A program made the position numbers and the translations under genes. From contig CM052817.1 of the NCBI GenBank assembly GCA_028534125.1, positions 45,076,001-45,140,000 on the forward strand: a DNA stretch of 64,000 nt, read 5' to 3'. The notes under the pieces were generated by a model that was not told the origin of the DNA, did not search any database, and was given only the letters and a program-made list of their open reading frames with translations. Below are positions 14,167 to 27,139 of the stretch, piece after piece. This DNA is from Lama glama (lineage: Eukaryota). The stretch's first letter is position 1; every line of letters begins with the position of its first letter.

Positions 14167-14618
14167 TATGAAATTAAAGAAACCTCAGCTAAAATTGGAG
14201 CTAAGACAGGCCTGTATGGGGAGCTCCCCCCCAAACCCCACCAATCATCAGTTATTCCAAACAGCAAGAGGCAGACACGGACATCTCAGACAGGAAGGTG
14301 TTGCCTGCTCTACTATCCAGCAGGGAGAAGAAAACTCTCTGATGACAGCACAGCCAATCAGACTGTAGCTGCCTGACCAATGAGAAGCCTCCATACTTTG
14401 GATTCCCACCTTCCTCCAATGAACTCTCATTATTACAATGCCTCCCAACTCCCCCTGCCACCTCTTCCCTATAAAAGCAAAGTCACCTTCCTTGTTCTCT
14501 GGATTTGCCTATGATCCACCATAGTTCGCATATCCTGAATTGTAATTCCTGTGGCCATTCTCAAATAAAACTGTTTTTGCTGGCAAAGTAACTGACTGTT
14601 ATGTTACTAAAGTTGACA
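14167..14618 (+). mobile_element. Solo LTR (MER34/MER39-like) inserted in env
   Basis: t[a]tgaaa...gttgaca ends; 4-bp TSD GAAT; TATAAAA near 14470 and AATAAA near 14564. Confidence 0.85.
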
Positions 14619-16548
14619 GAATCTAAGACTGTTATTGGGCAGCTGTTGCTTTAGTGGCGCAGTCAGCTGTGTTGCCTAGGGTAACAGATGGATTTCTGAT
14701 CATGTGCTCCCTGGTGTGTACCCCCAGCCAGGGAAGGAGGCAGGATCTGCCCAAGGAGGCAAACCCAGAGTCATGGGCCCCATCAGGTCGTTAACATTAG
14801 GTACTTCGATGTGGGCTTGAGGGTTGGTTTCAGATGGATTATGAATGGACAGTGGAACAACTGGATACCCTAATGAGCATTATCCTCCCACTCACTAGCT
14901 ATCTAGACATCTGTGAGCCCAGGGAGGATGCCGTCCTCCACAAGTGAAGATGAAGCCAGGTGAGCACGAAGGACTCCAGCTGAAGGGTCACTGTTTATTA
15001 GTGTATTTGTGGGGATGGAACTATTGGCATTAGTCAACCAGGGGTCAGTGATGTTTGAGAGCATTCTGGGAGGATTCTTCTAAGAAAAGACCATTCTCTG
15101 ACATGATAGGGCACTCGAGCTCAAGTTGCTTTTTGGACAAAGGTGATAAAAGTAAGGGTGTGAGTGGGGTGGTTGCAGGGGGGTCATAATTTTAAGTCTA
15201 TCTGGACTGGACTATCGTTGCTATAGTTGGTGGGGGTGTTCAGGAAGAAACAGGACATGGGGAGGGATGTTGACAGAAGTTGCACTCTGTAGCTAATGCT
15301 GAGGTGAAGTGGAGTGAAGTTAGCAGTGGCATCAGTGTCAAATGAAACTTTCATCACAGTACGGACTAGAGAGCCACCGCTGTAGTGTGCAGATTGGAGT
15401 TTCTGGTGGCAAACCCAACCCTAAGAGTGTTGTCTTTCTAAGAAAGGACAGGAGAAGATAAGGTGAGGAACATGGGGAAAATGTCACCCTGGGAAAGCTG
15501 TCTCCTTCAGCTGTCACCTGTTTCAATTCCTGGAAACCTTTGCTTTTAAGTCACCAGTTGGTATGCAGATCCAGTCAGGGTTTGGTGCTCTCTTTAGATG
15601 TGATTCATGGATCCAAGAATCTATTCCCTGGATCTTAGCAGCACACTGGTTGGTTAGCAACAGTTGGTAAGGGCCCTTCCAGCAAGGTTGGGGAGAATCT
15701 TTTTGAAGATGTCTCTTCCAAAAGACGAAATATCTCGGTTGTAAAGGATGATGCTTAAGGCCTTTGTCTCCCGGGAGCATGCTGTGAAAAGACTGTTCTA
15801 CTAAATCATAATTATGTTCAATAGAAACAATTAGGTCTGTACAATATTGAAGTATATACCCTTTTATTACCCCTAGATCACAAGAAGCAGGAGCTAGGTG
15901 TATTGGGCATCCTGTGACTGCCTCAAAGGGTGAGAATTTATCGGTTGCAAAAAGGGTAGATAGACCTAAGATTGAGAAGGACCAATGGCAGTGTCTTTGG
16001 CCAGGGTATCTGAAGAGTCTCTACAAATGTTACCAGTAGAGTCTTGATGCTGCCATTCATGAGTTCAACTAGCCCTGAGGATTCTGGCTGGTAAGTACAG
16101 TGAAAGTGCTGTAAAACCGGCCAGACAGCACAGACTTGTTAAAGCACCCAAAGTGGTGAAGTGAGTTCCCCAGTGACTATGAAGTTCGAGGTGGGGTTCA
16201 CTGGGTGGAGATAGTCTTTTCTAATAGAATTTTAGCCACAGAAGAGGCAGTCGTCTATCTATGAGGGGAAACTTCAGTTCAGTGAGAAAATAGACAAACC
16301 ACCACCAAAACATTTAGAGCTGTGAGATGGGGAAGCTGTAGGAAATCCATTTGCCAACCTCAAGTGGTCTATTGGGTAATTTAAAGTGTCCTGAGCTAGT
16401 AAGGATAGGTTTCCCAGGATTGTATTTTAAGTGGGTGTGGCAAACAAAGTAGGTACTTTAAATGACTTTATTGATATTTTCCCACCAATATTGATTTATA
16501 AGGCTTATGTTTTTATCAGTAGACCAATGATCCAATGCACATGCAGTA

Positions 16549-16758
16549 CAGTTGAACAACGTGATGAGGGTTAGGGGCACCGACCCCTCTGTGCCGTTGA
16601 AAATCTTCATATAACTTTCTAGTCGGCCCTCTGTATCCGAGGTTCTGCATCCGCCAGCCGCAGACTGTGTAGTGCTGTAGTATGTATTTATCCAGAAAAA
16701 CCCTGTGTGTATAAGTGGACCCCTGCGGTTCAAACCTGTGTTGTTCAAGAGTCAACTG
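16549..16758 (-). mobile_element. Tigger2a-like Tc1/mariner element nested in ERV pol
   Basis: TA TSDs (16547-48, 16759-60); cagttg...caactg termini. Confidence 0.85.
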
Positions 16759-18625
16759 TAGTCAGTAACAGGAATTTTAGAGACTGGCAGGACTGGTCAT
16801 CATTTGGTGCAAACCAGAGCCCTCTCTTTTTACTGAACCAATAGTGGTTAGCTTTTTCCAATATTGTTTTTCCTTTTCTAGGGCCAATTGTTGGGCACCT
16901 CAAGTCAATTTTTCTAGATTATCATTTGTGGGAACACCTTATTGGAGGTTTGGTTGTTGGTTGCTGTGACAGCAGTGTTTTTAATGGAGATATCAGCGGG
17001 GTGGTTCCCTTTAGCTTCCCAGGAGTCAAGTTTGGGATGCCCAGAACTTTAATGATAGCCAGAGTGGCTAGTTGATGTATGGCGTCTAACAAGTCTTGAC
17101 TCTCTGGGCCATTTTAAACTTTATCCCCATTAGATGTAAGGAAACCTTGCTGCTTCTGCAATATTCCAAACTCATGGGCTCCTCTGATGGTGTATCCACT
17201 ATCTGTATACGTGTTTGTTGTTTTTCTCTTGGCTGAAATATAGGCTTGAGTATGAGCATATAATTCAGTCTGTTGTGCCAACATAGCCAAAGGCAATACT
17301 GCTGCCTTGGTGACTTCAAAAGAAGTTGCAATTGCACACCCAAGACAATAGTTACCATTTTCATCTTTTAAAAAAGAACCATCAGTAAACCATGAAATAT
17401 CACCGTTTGATAAAGGGGTTCCTTACAAATCATAATGGGGAGTCAAGAGTCACAGTTAAACAGTCATGAGGAGTTTTGCCCATAGAGGAAGGAAGAAGGG
17501 TGGCAAGGTTAGGGTTATTACGGCTAGCAAGAGTGATGCGGGGTGCAGTCAACAGGAGAATTTCATAGGGAGTAAGGAGTCTTGCTGAAAGGTGTTGGGT
17601 ATGATAGGAATCCAGAAGGGCTTTCAACAGCATGAGGAACAAAGATGGTCAGAGAGGAATCCATGACTGTTTTTTGGTGGCCTTGACTAAAAGAGCGGAG
17701 TCAGGAATGGCTCAGAGGCAAGGGGGTATCCTTGTGCTGCAGGGTCTAGCTGGGGTACCCTTTGGGTGATGGCAGTCTCTGTGCTTTTGAATAAGCACCC
17801 TGAGGGCATTTCACTGCTTTTCATAGACTTAGAGGAAATGAGGAAGTTGGTAATTAGGGTGTCCAAGGGCAGAGGGATTCATTAATCTTTCCTTCAGGGT
17901 TTTAAAAGCTACATCATCCTGATCTTTCCAAATAATAGGATCAGGCTTATGTTTTTCAACAAGATATATATAGGGTCTGAGCCATGAGAGGAAAATTTGG
18001 AACTCAGTTATGACAATAGTCAGCTAAGCCAAGAAAGCCTCATAGTTGGCATTTAGTTTGGGGCATTTAGTTCAGGATGCTGTGAAGCCTGTCTAGATCT
18101 ACGTGTAGTCCTTGTTCTGAAATCAGATGTCCTAAACAGCAAATGCGAGTTGGAACTGTAGCTTTTCCTTAGAGGTTAAAAGCTTTAACAGGGGGATGCC
18201 ATCTTCCTGTGAGGAGGCCTAGGAAGGGGAGCAGAGAAGCAAGTCATCTACATATTGTAATAGGAAACTTTACATCATCTAATAAGCTTCTAAGGTTTGT
18301 GAGAAGTAAAAAGGGCTTCTAGCTAAACCTGGGGCATTACTGTTCAGGTGTATTGTTATCCTTTCCAACTAAAGGCAAAGAGGTATTGACAGACCTTGTC
18401 TCCGGGGAAGCTAAAGAAGGCACTACACAAATCAATCACAGTGAAAAACTTCCTTTCAGTAGAGATGGGAGCTGATAAGGTGTGAGCGTATTGCAGAGAC
18501 TGATACAAGGGATTGTAAACCCCTGGGCTCTATAATCTCTGTGATTGGTCTGATTCCCTATAAGCTCTCTTTATAGGGTATTGTTTAATTCTGGGGAGAG
18601 TCTTTGAGGGTTCAATTTGGATTTT

Positions 18626-18991
18626 TTTAGCCATCACTTTGTTTTATTTTTTAATTAAGATATAGTTAACTTACAATATTATATAAATTTTAGGTGTACA
18701 ACATAGTGATTCACAATTTTTAAAGTTTATACTCCATTTATAGTTATTATAAAATATTGGCTATATTCCCTGTGCTGTGTAGTATATCCTTGCAGTGTAT
18801 TTATTTTATACATAGTAGTTTGTGCCTCTTAATCCCTTACTCCCACCTTGCCCCTCCTCCCTTCCCTCTTCTCACTGGCAACCACTATTTGTTCTCTATA
18901 TCAGTGAGTCTGTTTCTTTTTTGTTATATTCTCTAATATGTTTTATTTTTTAGATTCCACATATAAGTGATATCATACAGTATTTGTCTTT
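18626..18991 (-). mobile_element. L1 3' end nested in ERV pol
   Basis: TSD gttcaatttggatttt / gatcaatctggatttt (14/16). Confidence 0.85.
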
Positions 18992-19294
18992 GATCAATCT
19001 GGATTTTGACAGGAGGAGCACTGTGGGTTCTGTCAATATCTGATGAGTTCATCCATAGAGATGATGGCATTTGGCCCAAGAGGGGTGAATAGTTAGAATC
19101 TTTGACATCTGCTTTTGTGTTGTCAGAGACAGAGCAAATAAATGATATCAAAGAGGATTCATTTGACCCATTGGACTGGCTATTTTGGTTATCATTGTCA
19201 AATCTAAAATTATTTCCTTTTTTCAGGAGAAAGGCATTTCTGCATGATATTTGTCAAAAAATCTCGACCTAATGGGATAGGGGTGGAAGTTAAA

Positions 19295-19430
19295 AACCAG
19301 GCACGTCATGTAAAACTTACATTAAATAAATTCGTGGGCTTTTATCCTGTTACTCCAACCCTTTCAGTTTAATTTTCAGACCCAACCACGGACATTAAAA
19401 AGGCCAAGGAAAACTTTTTCCTCTAGTACA
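19295..19430 (+). mobile_element. 3' part of an ERV1-type LTR
   Basis: aataaattcgtgggcttttatcctgtt...tttttcctctagtaca, a typical R/U5 end. Confidence 0.55.
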
Positions 19431-19924
19431 AGGCATTTAAAATAGTCAGAGTCATAGCAGCCAAGGGCTAGGGAGAAGGAGAAATGGAAAGTCACTAGCC
19501 AACAGGTATAAAGTTTCAGTTACGCAAGATGAGTACATTCTAGAGATGTGCTGTACAATTTCGTGCCACAGTTAACAATACTGAATTGTACACTTAATTT
19601 TTTTAAGAGGATAGAGCTCATACTGTGTTCTTATCACACAAAAAGCAAAAATGAATTGTTTTTTCAAAAATATGGCGGCCTGGCCTACGGTGGTTGTATA
19701 GGAGATAGAGAGAGTTGATTTTTAAAATATTCTATCTTTTAAAGCATGCAAGTAACATATGCCTATTATAAAAATAAACCAAACAGTTCATAGTGTAATA
19801 CGTGGCCTCTCCTCCCCACTCAGAGGTAGCAGTCTCTCCAGCAGCACTGCCTAGAGATGACTGCTCTCTGTATTCACCACAACTTCTTTAATGCATTTAT
19901 GTCTTAACATGTAGATTTTATTTT

Positions 19925-20660
19925 TATTCAGGTATGGTGAGGCGAACAGATCCGGAGAAGACTGCCGTTGAAAAGATAGCTTATTACTTCCAGTTCCCAA
20001 AAGGCGAGAGGCACACTGTGGCCACTCTGCAAAGTCACAGGCGAGAACACCGAGGTTGGTCTCAAGGAGAGAGAGAGAGAGAGATGGGGGAAGTGTGAAA
20101 GAGCCTTTTTGTGGTCTTTGAGGGAAGGAATATCTGCTGACACAGGGTAAATAGGCTAAATAGGTCTAAGATTGGCTAGTTTGAATAATTTCATTGCCCC
20201 TAGTTGTCTGATACTGGCCCTTCGTGATTAGGGCTGTGGGTATAGTGGCCCTGAGCTGTAAAAGCCAGTAACGAAGGTGGTTGGGGGTATGGGCTCTGGA
20301 CTGGTTGGTTTGCATATGAAAGTTATTTTCAGAGTCCTCTGCTATCTCACAGGGAAATATATTCAATATCTTGTAATAAACTATAATGCAAAAGAATCTG
20401 AAAAAAGTGTATATATATATGTATATTCATATATGTGTGTGCGTATATATATATATATAAAATCTGAATCACTTTGGTGTGCACCTGCAACTAACACAAT
20501 ATTGTAAATCAGCTATATTTCAATAAATAAACAAACAAACAAGCAAAGCCTCATGCTGTCTCTAGGAATCAGCGAATCTTGGGAGAGGCATCCTTCTCTT
20601 TACAAGCAAGGCCCCAAGATGCCAAAGCTTCAATACAGAGACTAGAAAATGTGACTCATA
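19925..20660. mobile_element. Old LTR-type element interrupted by an L1 3' tail (about 20348-20545)
   Basis: Recalled resemblance to MER-class LTRs; L1 tail with (TA)n and A-rich end. Confidence 0.5.
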
Positions 20661-21889
20661 CAATATTTTCTTCCAAATTGAGTTCAGATTATATATATTT
20701 CAGCAGGTTGCCTTTTTCACATAGATATGAACATCTTTTCATGACAGAGGCTATTGATCTACATTTTAAAAAGTGACTACATAGTATTCTGTATAAATGT
20801 ATGACAACTTATTTAACCATTCTATAATTTATGAACTTTTAAGTTTTTTCCAGGTTTTCATGATCATGAACAATATGGTAGTGAAAACCCTTGGCACTTT
20901 TTGTGTGGGTGTATAGTTTTATAAGATACTTTAAAATGGAATTTCTGGACCAAAGGGTTTACATATCACAAATTTGTAACTTAATAGATTAATTACATAA
21001 TTTAATCTCAGTTAACATTTAATCTAGTTTAATTCCACAAAAGTGAAACAACATTTACATGCCCACCAGTGGTGTATGGAGAGGGCCTTTTTTCTCATAC
21101 TCTCAATAAGACAGGATTTTATGTCTTTTAACTTTTGGTCAATTTGGGGGAAAATGTTAGGTATCATCCACTAACAAAAAGCGAGCCAATATGAAAATAT
21201 CAGACAAAAGAGAATTCAAGGCAAAAAGGATTTAAAACAGCAGGGGGGTATTTTACTTTGGTAAGTCCAAGAAAATAGCCATGAACCTTCATGAATTATA
21301 TTACCAATGTCAATGTCATATGGTTCAATCTAATATTCAGTTACCTAGCTTTAAAACATATAATGCAAAGATTCAGAAATACAAGGATAAATTGCCAAAC
21401 CTGTACTTATCATAGAAATCTGAAAAATACTTTTTTTCCATAGGTGGGCAGATCAGAAAGAATAAATAAGGATAAAGAGGATTTGAATAACATAATTAAC
21501 AAGCTTGACCTACTAACTACATGTAAGGAAACAGATTATAAGTTTCTTTGTAAGTTCCCACAGAATATTTAGTACTTACCAGCACACACATGAACATCTT
21601 AGATTTATTGAAAAAGTACGTTTTCTGGGGATATATTAAAATATTAATGGTTTAGGTTACAACCTCAAGAAAAAGTGTCCATATTTGGAATAAGCAAGAA
21701 AAGGCAGGATGTTTCAATCAAGTTTTGCAAACAGAGAAAAGCCAGCCACAAGGGAGAACACCTCGGCCCCTGCGTGGCTCAGGCGGGGTCCCTCGAGCTC
21801 TGGGGCCCCCAGGCCCATCTGTCTTGTCAGCAGTCTTCTGTTTCTGGGTTAAGGAGCTCAGCCTTCTCAGATGTGGCTTGAGAAACACA

Positions 21890-21995
21890 GCCTCCTAATG
21901 TCATAATCCAGGAGAGTAAGAAGACTTAGAAGTGGGGATGGGGCAGGAGTGAGCAGCAGAGAGACAGTCTTTAGGGCTTGGGCGTGGGCGTGAGG
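21890..21995 (+). promoter_or_regulatory. Candidate PPEF2 promoter with CRX/OTX-type TAATCC and GC-box-like motifs
   Basis: TAATCC at 21904-21909 preceded by CTAATG; gggcgtgggcgtg near 21981-21992; unique sequence upstream of the putative exon 1. Confidence 0.4.
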
Positions 21996-22305
21996 GAGAC
22001 ACCCAGCTGAGCAATCTCCCCCTTCAAATCCTCATCCCAGGCCTGATCTGACTGAGGTCAAGGGCTGCCTACTGCCAGGAGGCGGGGAGCCCTGAGGGCT
22101 TGGCCAGGGCTGGGGATATCACCACTGCTGCTGTGAGGAGGTGTGCAGGACTAGGCCTGCACCTTATCTATCAGACTCCAGACTTGGAAGAAATCAGACC
22201 AGCCTGGGATCGCTCAGCCAACTCTGAAGACACGATGAGGTTCACACCTGTGTGTTAAAGAGGTTTCTGCCTCGTTGTGGCTCATAGTGAAAAATTCCAA
22301 AGAAG
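21960..22305 (+). other. PPEF2: Probable PPEF2 non-coding exon 1 (start approximate)
   Basis: Strong donor AAG|gtaaga at 22305/22306 in non-repeat sequence about 1.3 kb upstream of the ATG exon. Confidence 0.55.
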
Positions 22306-23687
22306 GTAAGAGCTTTCTTTACAGCCTAGCATACAGAATTGAGTCAGACCATGAGGACAACAAACTTATGTTTCACATGGGAAATAGATACAGGTTTGGC
22401 CTGGGCACAAAGGTCACAGAAAGCCTCTTTGTTATCTCATCCACTCACCCAGGGAGGATCTTTGCTGTGTATGTTTTGAAGTCTTCAAGTCCTGGATGAT
22501 GAATCTTCCATTTCTTGGATTCACTTAGTGGGCACATAATTACCTACATTAAAAAAAAAAGATAATGTCAGGTACAGCTGATACTAAGTCAAATCCTGGA
22601 AGGACAAGGACTCTCGTCCATGTGGTGGAGATATGCCAGTTAACCTGGGAAGATGGCTCAGCTGGGGCATCACCAGCCAGAGAAGCAGTTAGTCATTACC
22701 AAGAGGCGCTGATTCAAGCTTGATATGGCCTCAGAGTTGAAGAAAGGAGGCAAGAGAGATGAGGCTGGAGGTGTAAGCTTTAGGGAAGATGAGTTCTACT
22801 TGTGTTATGTGGAGACTGAGGTGCTCCACTGAAAGTTTAATGGGAAGCTGGGTATATGGGGCTGAAGTTTAGGGATAGTCTAGGATGGAGATGTAGATTT
22901 AAGAGGTAGGAAGTGATCGTTGAAAATGTGAGAGTTGATTAAGTCATCGAGGAAGTATATTTGGAGTGAGGAGGGCAGACATTTGAGACTAGAATACAAA
23001 TAAATTCGACATTTAAGGGATGGATAGAGAAAAATGAGCTTAAGAAAAAGACAATAAATAAAGAGGTAGGAGCAAATACAAGAGACTCTGGCATCATGGA
23101 AGCCCAAATGGTAGAATTTAAATCAAGGTGTGACTTATGAGATGGTGGCCTTGCTAATCTGACAACTTAAAGACTGAAAATATGAAGCCATGGGAGACAT
23201 CAGCATGAAAAGTTTTGATCAATCGTGAGAATGAAAAACATGATTTTAAGAGGAATTAAGGAAAAATAAGTGATCTACTCAAGAGAATTCTGGATGGGGA
23301 GAAAAGAGAGGTTAGGTTATAGTTTGAGGATGATGATGATGATGAATTTCTTTGAGAATAGACTTCAGTATGTTTTTAGCCTGAAAAGGAAAAGCTAGTA
23401 GAAAGGTTGAAAACAGGATAGATACGAGATGACACTTTGAGGGGATTCTCAAGGGAGGAGCATCTCATGCACTGAGACTGGGGAGGGAGGGGGAGGATGC
23501 AGTCACATGACAGCTTTACATTTTTTTTAAATGACATGGGAGGCAAGGTTCATAGATAATTTGGTCTACCTGCACTAATGTTCTGCCCAAATCTCCTATT
23601 GCAGACTCCCACTTCCTTTTGTCAGCAAACAGTTCACTCTCTTTTGGACCTACTATCTGTGTCCTGCAGAAATATCGTACTTACGCC

Positions 23688-23742
23688 ATGGGAAGCGGCA
23701 GCTCCACCCAACATCATTTTGCTTTCCAGAATGCAGAGAAAG
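23688..23742 (+). CDS. PPEF2: PPEF2 first coding exon: MGSGSSTQHHFAFQNAEK
   Basis: GCCATGG Kozak context; gtatgt donor at 23743; MGxxxS myristoylation-type N-terminus. Confidence 0.94.
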
Positions 23743-23999
23743 GTATGTGCTTCCCACCTCCAGAATAACTGTGGGTACCCCAAAGTCCACATTGCATAGG
23801 GAGGGGCATCTCAGGGTAGGCAGGAAATCATTACATTTCTCCTGAGGCTGACTCTTGAATATCAGCTTCTCCTCCTTGTGACATGACCACCAGAAAGCTC
23901 AGCTGAATATCTTAGGACTGGGTGAACTATATTTAACAGAATTAAAATTTCCTAAAGGAGTCAGTGTTTTCCATTGGGATTTATCCCAAAGTACACATA

Positions 24000-24900
24000 T
24001 ACAAATGAATGAATAGGACTGGGCACAAAGGGGATGAAAGAGCACTCCAGGTGTAGAGGCCACAAAGGTCATGAAGAGAGATGTATTCAAGGGACTGAAT
24101 GGTCTGAAGTGAATGAGCTGTAGGATGGCATGACACGGGGCCGCTGAGGTTTGCAGAGCCCAGGCCACTCAGGAGCTTGTAGGATTTTCAACTTTATCCT
24201 AAAGGCATGAAGAATGATGGAAGAATTCAAAATAGATAGTTCCATATAAAAGACCTAAGATTTGCATAGAAAAAGTCCCTCCTGGCTTCCATGAAGAAAA
24301 GATTAGGGGAAGGGGTCATCTAAGCAAGAGACGATGATGCCCTGGCCCAGATGATGATGCCCTGGCCCAGACGATGATTCACCCAGAGAAGAGGGTGAAT
24401 TCCAATAATATTCAGGGAGTGGAATTGACAGGATCCACCTGATGACATGTAAGAGGGTAGGGGGAGAAAGATGCATCAAGAATGACCTCCAGGTTTCTAA
24501 GTAGCAAAACTGGGCAGATGATAATGCCAATGACTGACTGAAGATAATGGAGAAGAACCAAGTTTGAGTAGAAGGGAGATGATGAGTTTATACACGCTGG
24601 GTCTGAGGTGCCCATGAAACATGGAGGTGGAAGTGCTGAGGAGGCAGCTACATACTCAGATCAGGATTTTGGAAGAGATGTTGGCTGGAGATACACACAT
24701 TTGGAAGGCATCAGAGTATGGGTGATTGTTGAAGCCAGAGGTCACTGAAGTAGCCTAGAGTGAGAGGGGACAGGTCAGAGACCAGGGCCTAGGACACAGC
24801 CACAGGGACTTAAGCATCAGGTGGAAAAGGATGAGCCAGTAAGGGAGGCGGAGGAGAGGCAGCCAGAGATGCAGGAGGAAGCAGAGGAAATAGTGACAGC
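24000..24900 (-). mobile_element. L2 fragment containing a 20-bp tandem repeat x2.5 (24329-24378)
   Basis: Purine-rich antisense L2-type sequence; unit agaYgatgatgccctggccc. Confidence 0.65.
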
Positions 24901-26935
24901 ACCTCGTTTATATGAACCTAAGCATCTTTATAATAAGCTCCTGGCTTCCTTGCTTTCTAGTCTGGCAATTAGTCCCAGGCTCACCTTGCATATTTTGGGC
25001 TCCAGACCAAGAATAGCTATTTCTCCAGGGTTTGGGATGTTCACTACCAGGTTGGTCATTATTTCCTACACCTTTTCAGTGAACAGATCTCGAAAATATA
25101 TATTATTTTCATAACCAATTTATATTTAGGATTGCAATATTTTTACTTAACAACCTTGATATTCATATATTCATATCTCCTTTCTCTTTATTAAAATGTT
25201 TTTCTGTAGTGATATTTATGTGGTATTATTTCCTTTGTCCTACAATACATAAATAATTTCAGAATAATTATAACAATACTCTTATAACAATATGATTACT
25301 AAAAACTCTTTAAGATTTCTTTGTAGTTCTTTTTGTCCTTTGGGTATATCTGCTAGGAATATACAAAGTACTGAAATTTCAAGTCATTTGAAATAACTCC
25401 TTTGTGTGTGGTTATGCCACCAACTTATGCAGGGTTAAATTCACTTGTTTTGCTTTTGATTTTTTAGAGATTGATTTTTTCCATTTTGATTTAAATTTGG
25501 TTTATAATTTTGTACAACATTTATACAATTCCCACTCCAATGATCTAGTGCTGTGCAGCAAACTGTCCCAAAACTAAATGGTTTAACACAACCATTTGAT
25601 TCTGCTCATGATTTTGTGGGTCAGAATTTGCAAAGGGCCCAGCTGGATGGTTTGCTTGTGGTCCTCAGGGCAGCTGAGGCAGGAGGTTCTGCTTCCAAGC
25701 CAGCTCTCCACCCAGCATCTGGTGCCTTTGTGCCCCTTGACCTCTGTCTCCCCACGTGGTGTCTTTGCCCTTAACATGGAGTTTTAACAGCCAGGTGTAT
25801 TTATAACGTTCACCATGGGATTTAGTCTGCACAAGGCTGCGTAAGAGCGGCCCGAGCATGTTGTGTTGCACTGTTGGGAAGAGAAGCTCGGTAGAGGATC
25901 TCAAACTATCCTACGCCTCACAGCGCCCATCTCAGTGAAAGGTAATACAGGCTCTAGACAGAGGACTAGGAGGGAGAGACAAAGGGAGAAACAGAGGCGC
26001 TGCCCGCTCTCCCTGCCCTGAGTAGCTGAAGCGGTACTGAGGATGTAAGTCTGTCTAGCTGGTAGCACTTGCTTTAAAATGCTCGAGGCAAAGGGTTAGC
26101 AAACAGCATTTCCGCCGAGACTTGAGGTGGTGATGTTCCTCCGCGTTGCTTATACTCAGCGCAAGTGAGAATCCCGCGTGGAGCTCGTTACACCTGCAGA
26201 CTCCTGGGCTCCGTGTAGGGATTCTGACGCCGCAGGTCTAGGGTGAGGGGCAGATGTCTGTGTGTCTCCCATGCTCCCAGAGGGTCTCACTTGAGGTAAA
26301 TAGCACCTACTCTGAACGGGAGTTCACAGAATTCCGTCCTCAGCCCTTGGTGTTTTGTGAGTGCCTTTGGGACCTACTTAATAGGGTGACATTTCTTCCT
26401 CACAGAAAATCGAATTCTTGATTGGATTACATTTCTCTCAAGTTCTCTTTCCCCCTCTGCTATTGTGCCCCCTCTTAGGGCAATCAGTAAGAATGCCATT
26501 AGCTCTCTAATGCAAGCTAAGTATATTAAATCAATCTGTCTCCTGTTCACGAGGTTGACCTGAGTAGCCTGCAGGGTTTCCTTTGGATTCCGGCTTTATC
26601 CACAAAGGCTCCATTCATCACCAGCAGCACATTCACGGCCAGGAGCTTAAGGAGAATCTAATGACCCATGTGGACAGCTGCCCTCTTCTCTGGGCAGGGC
26701 CCAGGGCCTAAATTGACCGCAGGGCCTAAAGCTCCCAGGAAGAATTAAACCTACTCACACCATCCTGTGGTACAGGGTCACCCAGCATAGGTCCTGGCAA
26801 AAGGAGAAGCCCAAAGACAGCCCATCGATTGGACAGTCAGTGCAGTCAGGGCCGTATTGTGGTGTGGACACTGAAAGCTGCAAGGATATGGGGACGGCAG
26901 GCACTCACCACCACCTGACGTTATAGTCTGGGGAA

Positions 26936-26967
<32 letters not shown>

Positions 26968-27139
26968 CTGCCCAGTCATCATCTCGTTCGTCTCCTTTTC
27001 AGACAAGGCCAACTGCGGCCCAGGAAGGTGACTTGGCTGAGGCCACATAGCTGGTCAGGGCACTTCCAGGCCCAGAACCAGACTCCTGATACAACATCAA
27101 AATGTCCTCCCCACCCTCTCACCCTTGCATCATCCACTC

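Larger units (their letters stand above)
12993..19290 (-). mobile_element. Decayed class I provirus, MER34-like: pro/pol remnant, env remnant, 3' LTR (12993-13517); gag and 5' LTR absent
   Basis: - strand motifs: LQYVDDL (about 18241-18260), RNase H YTDSGY, integrase WKGPYQLLLT/WIH, env ISD and CCTWIN; PPT-like tract before an LTR ending ttaggttggca. Confidence 0.85.

Noticed and set aside
13830..15420. Possible co-opted env (syncytin or HEMO-like) gene
   Set aside because: Stops, frameshifts and an LTR insertion; no long ORF
24329..24378. Repeat array (CRISPR-like?)
   Set aside because: Simple 20-bp tandem duplication with no spacers, in eukaryotic DNA
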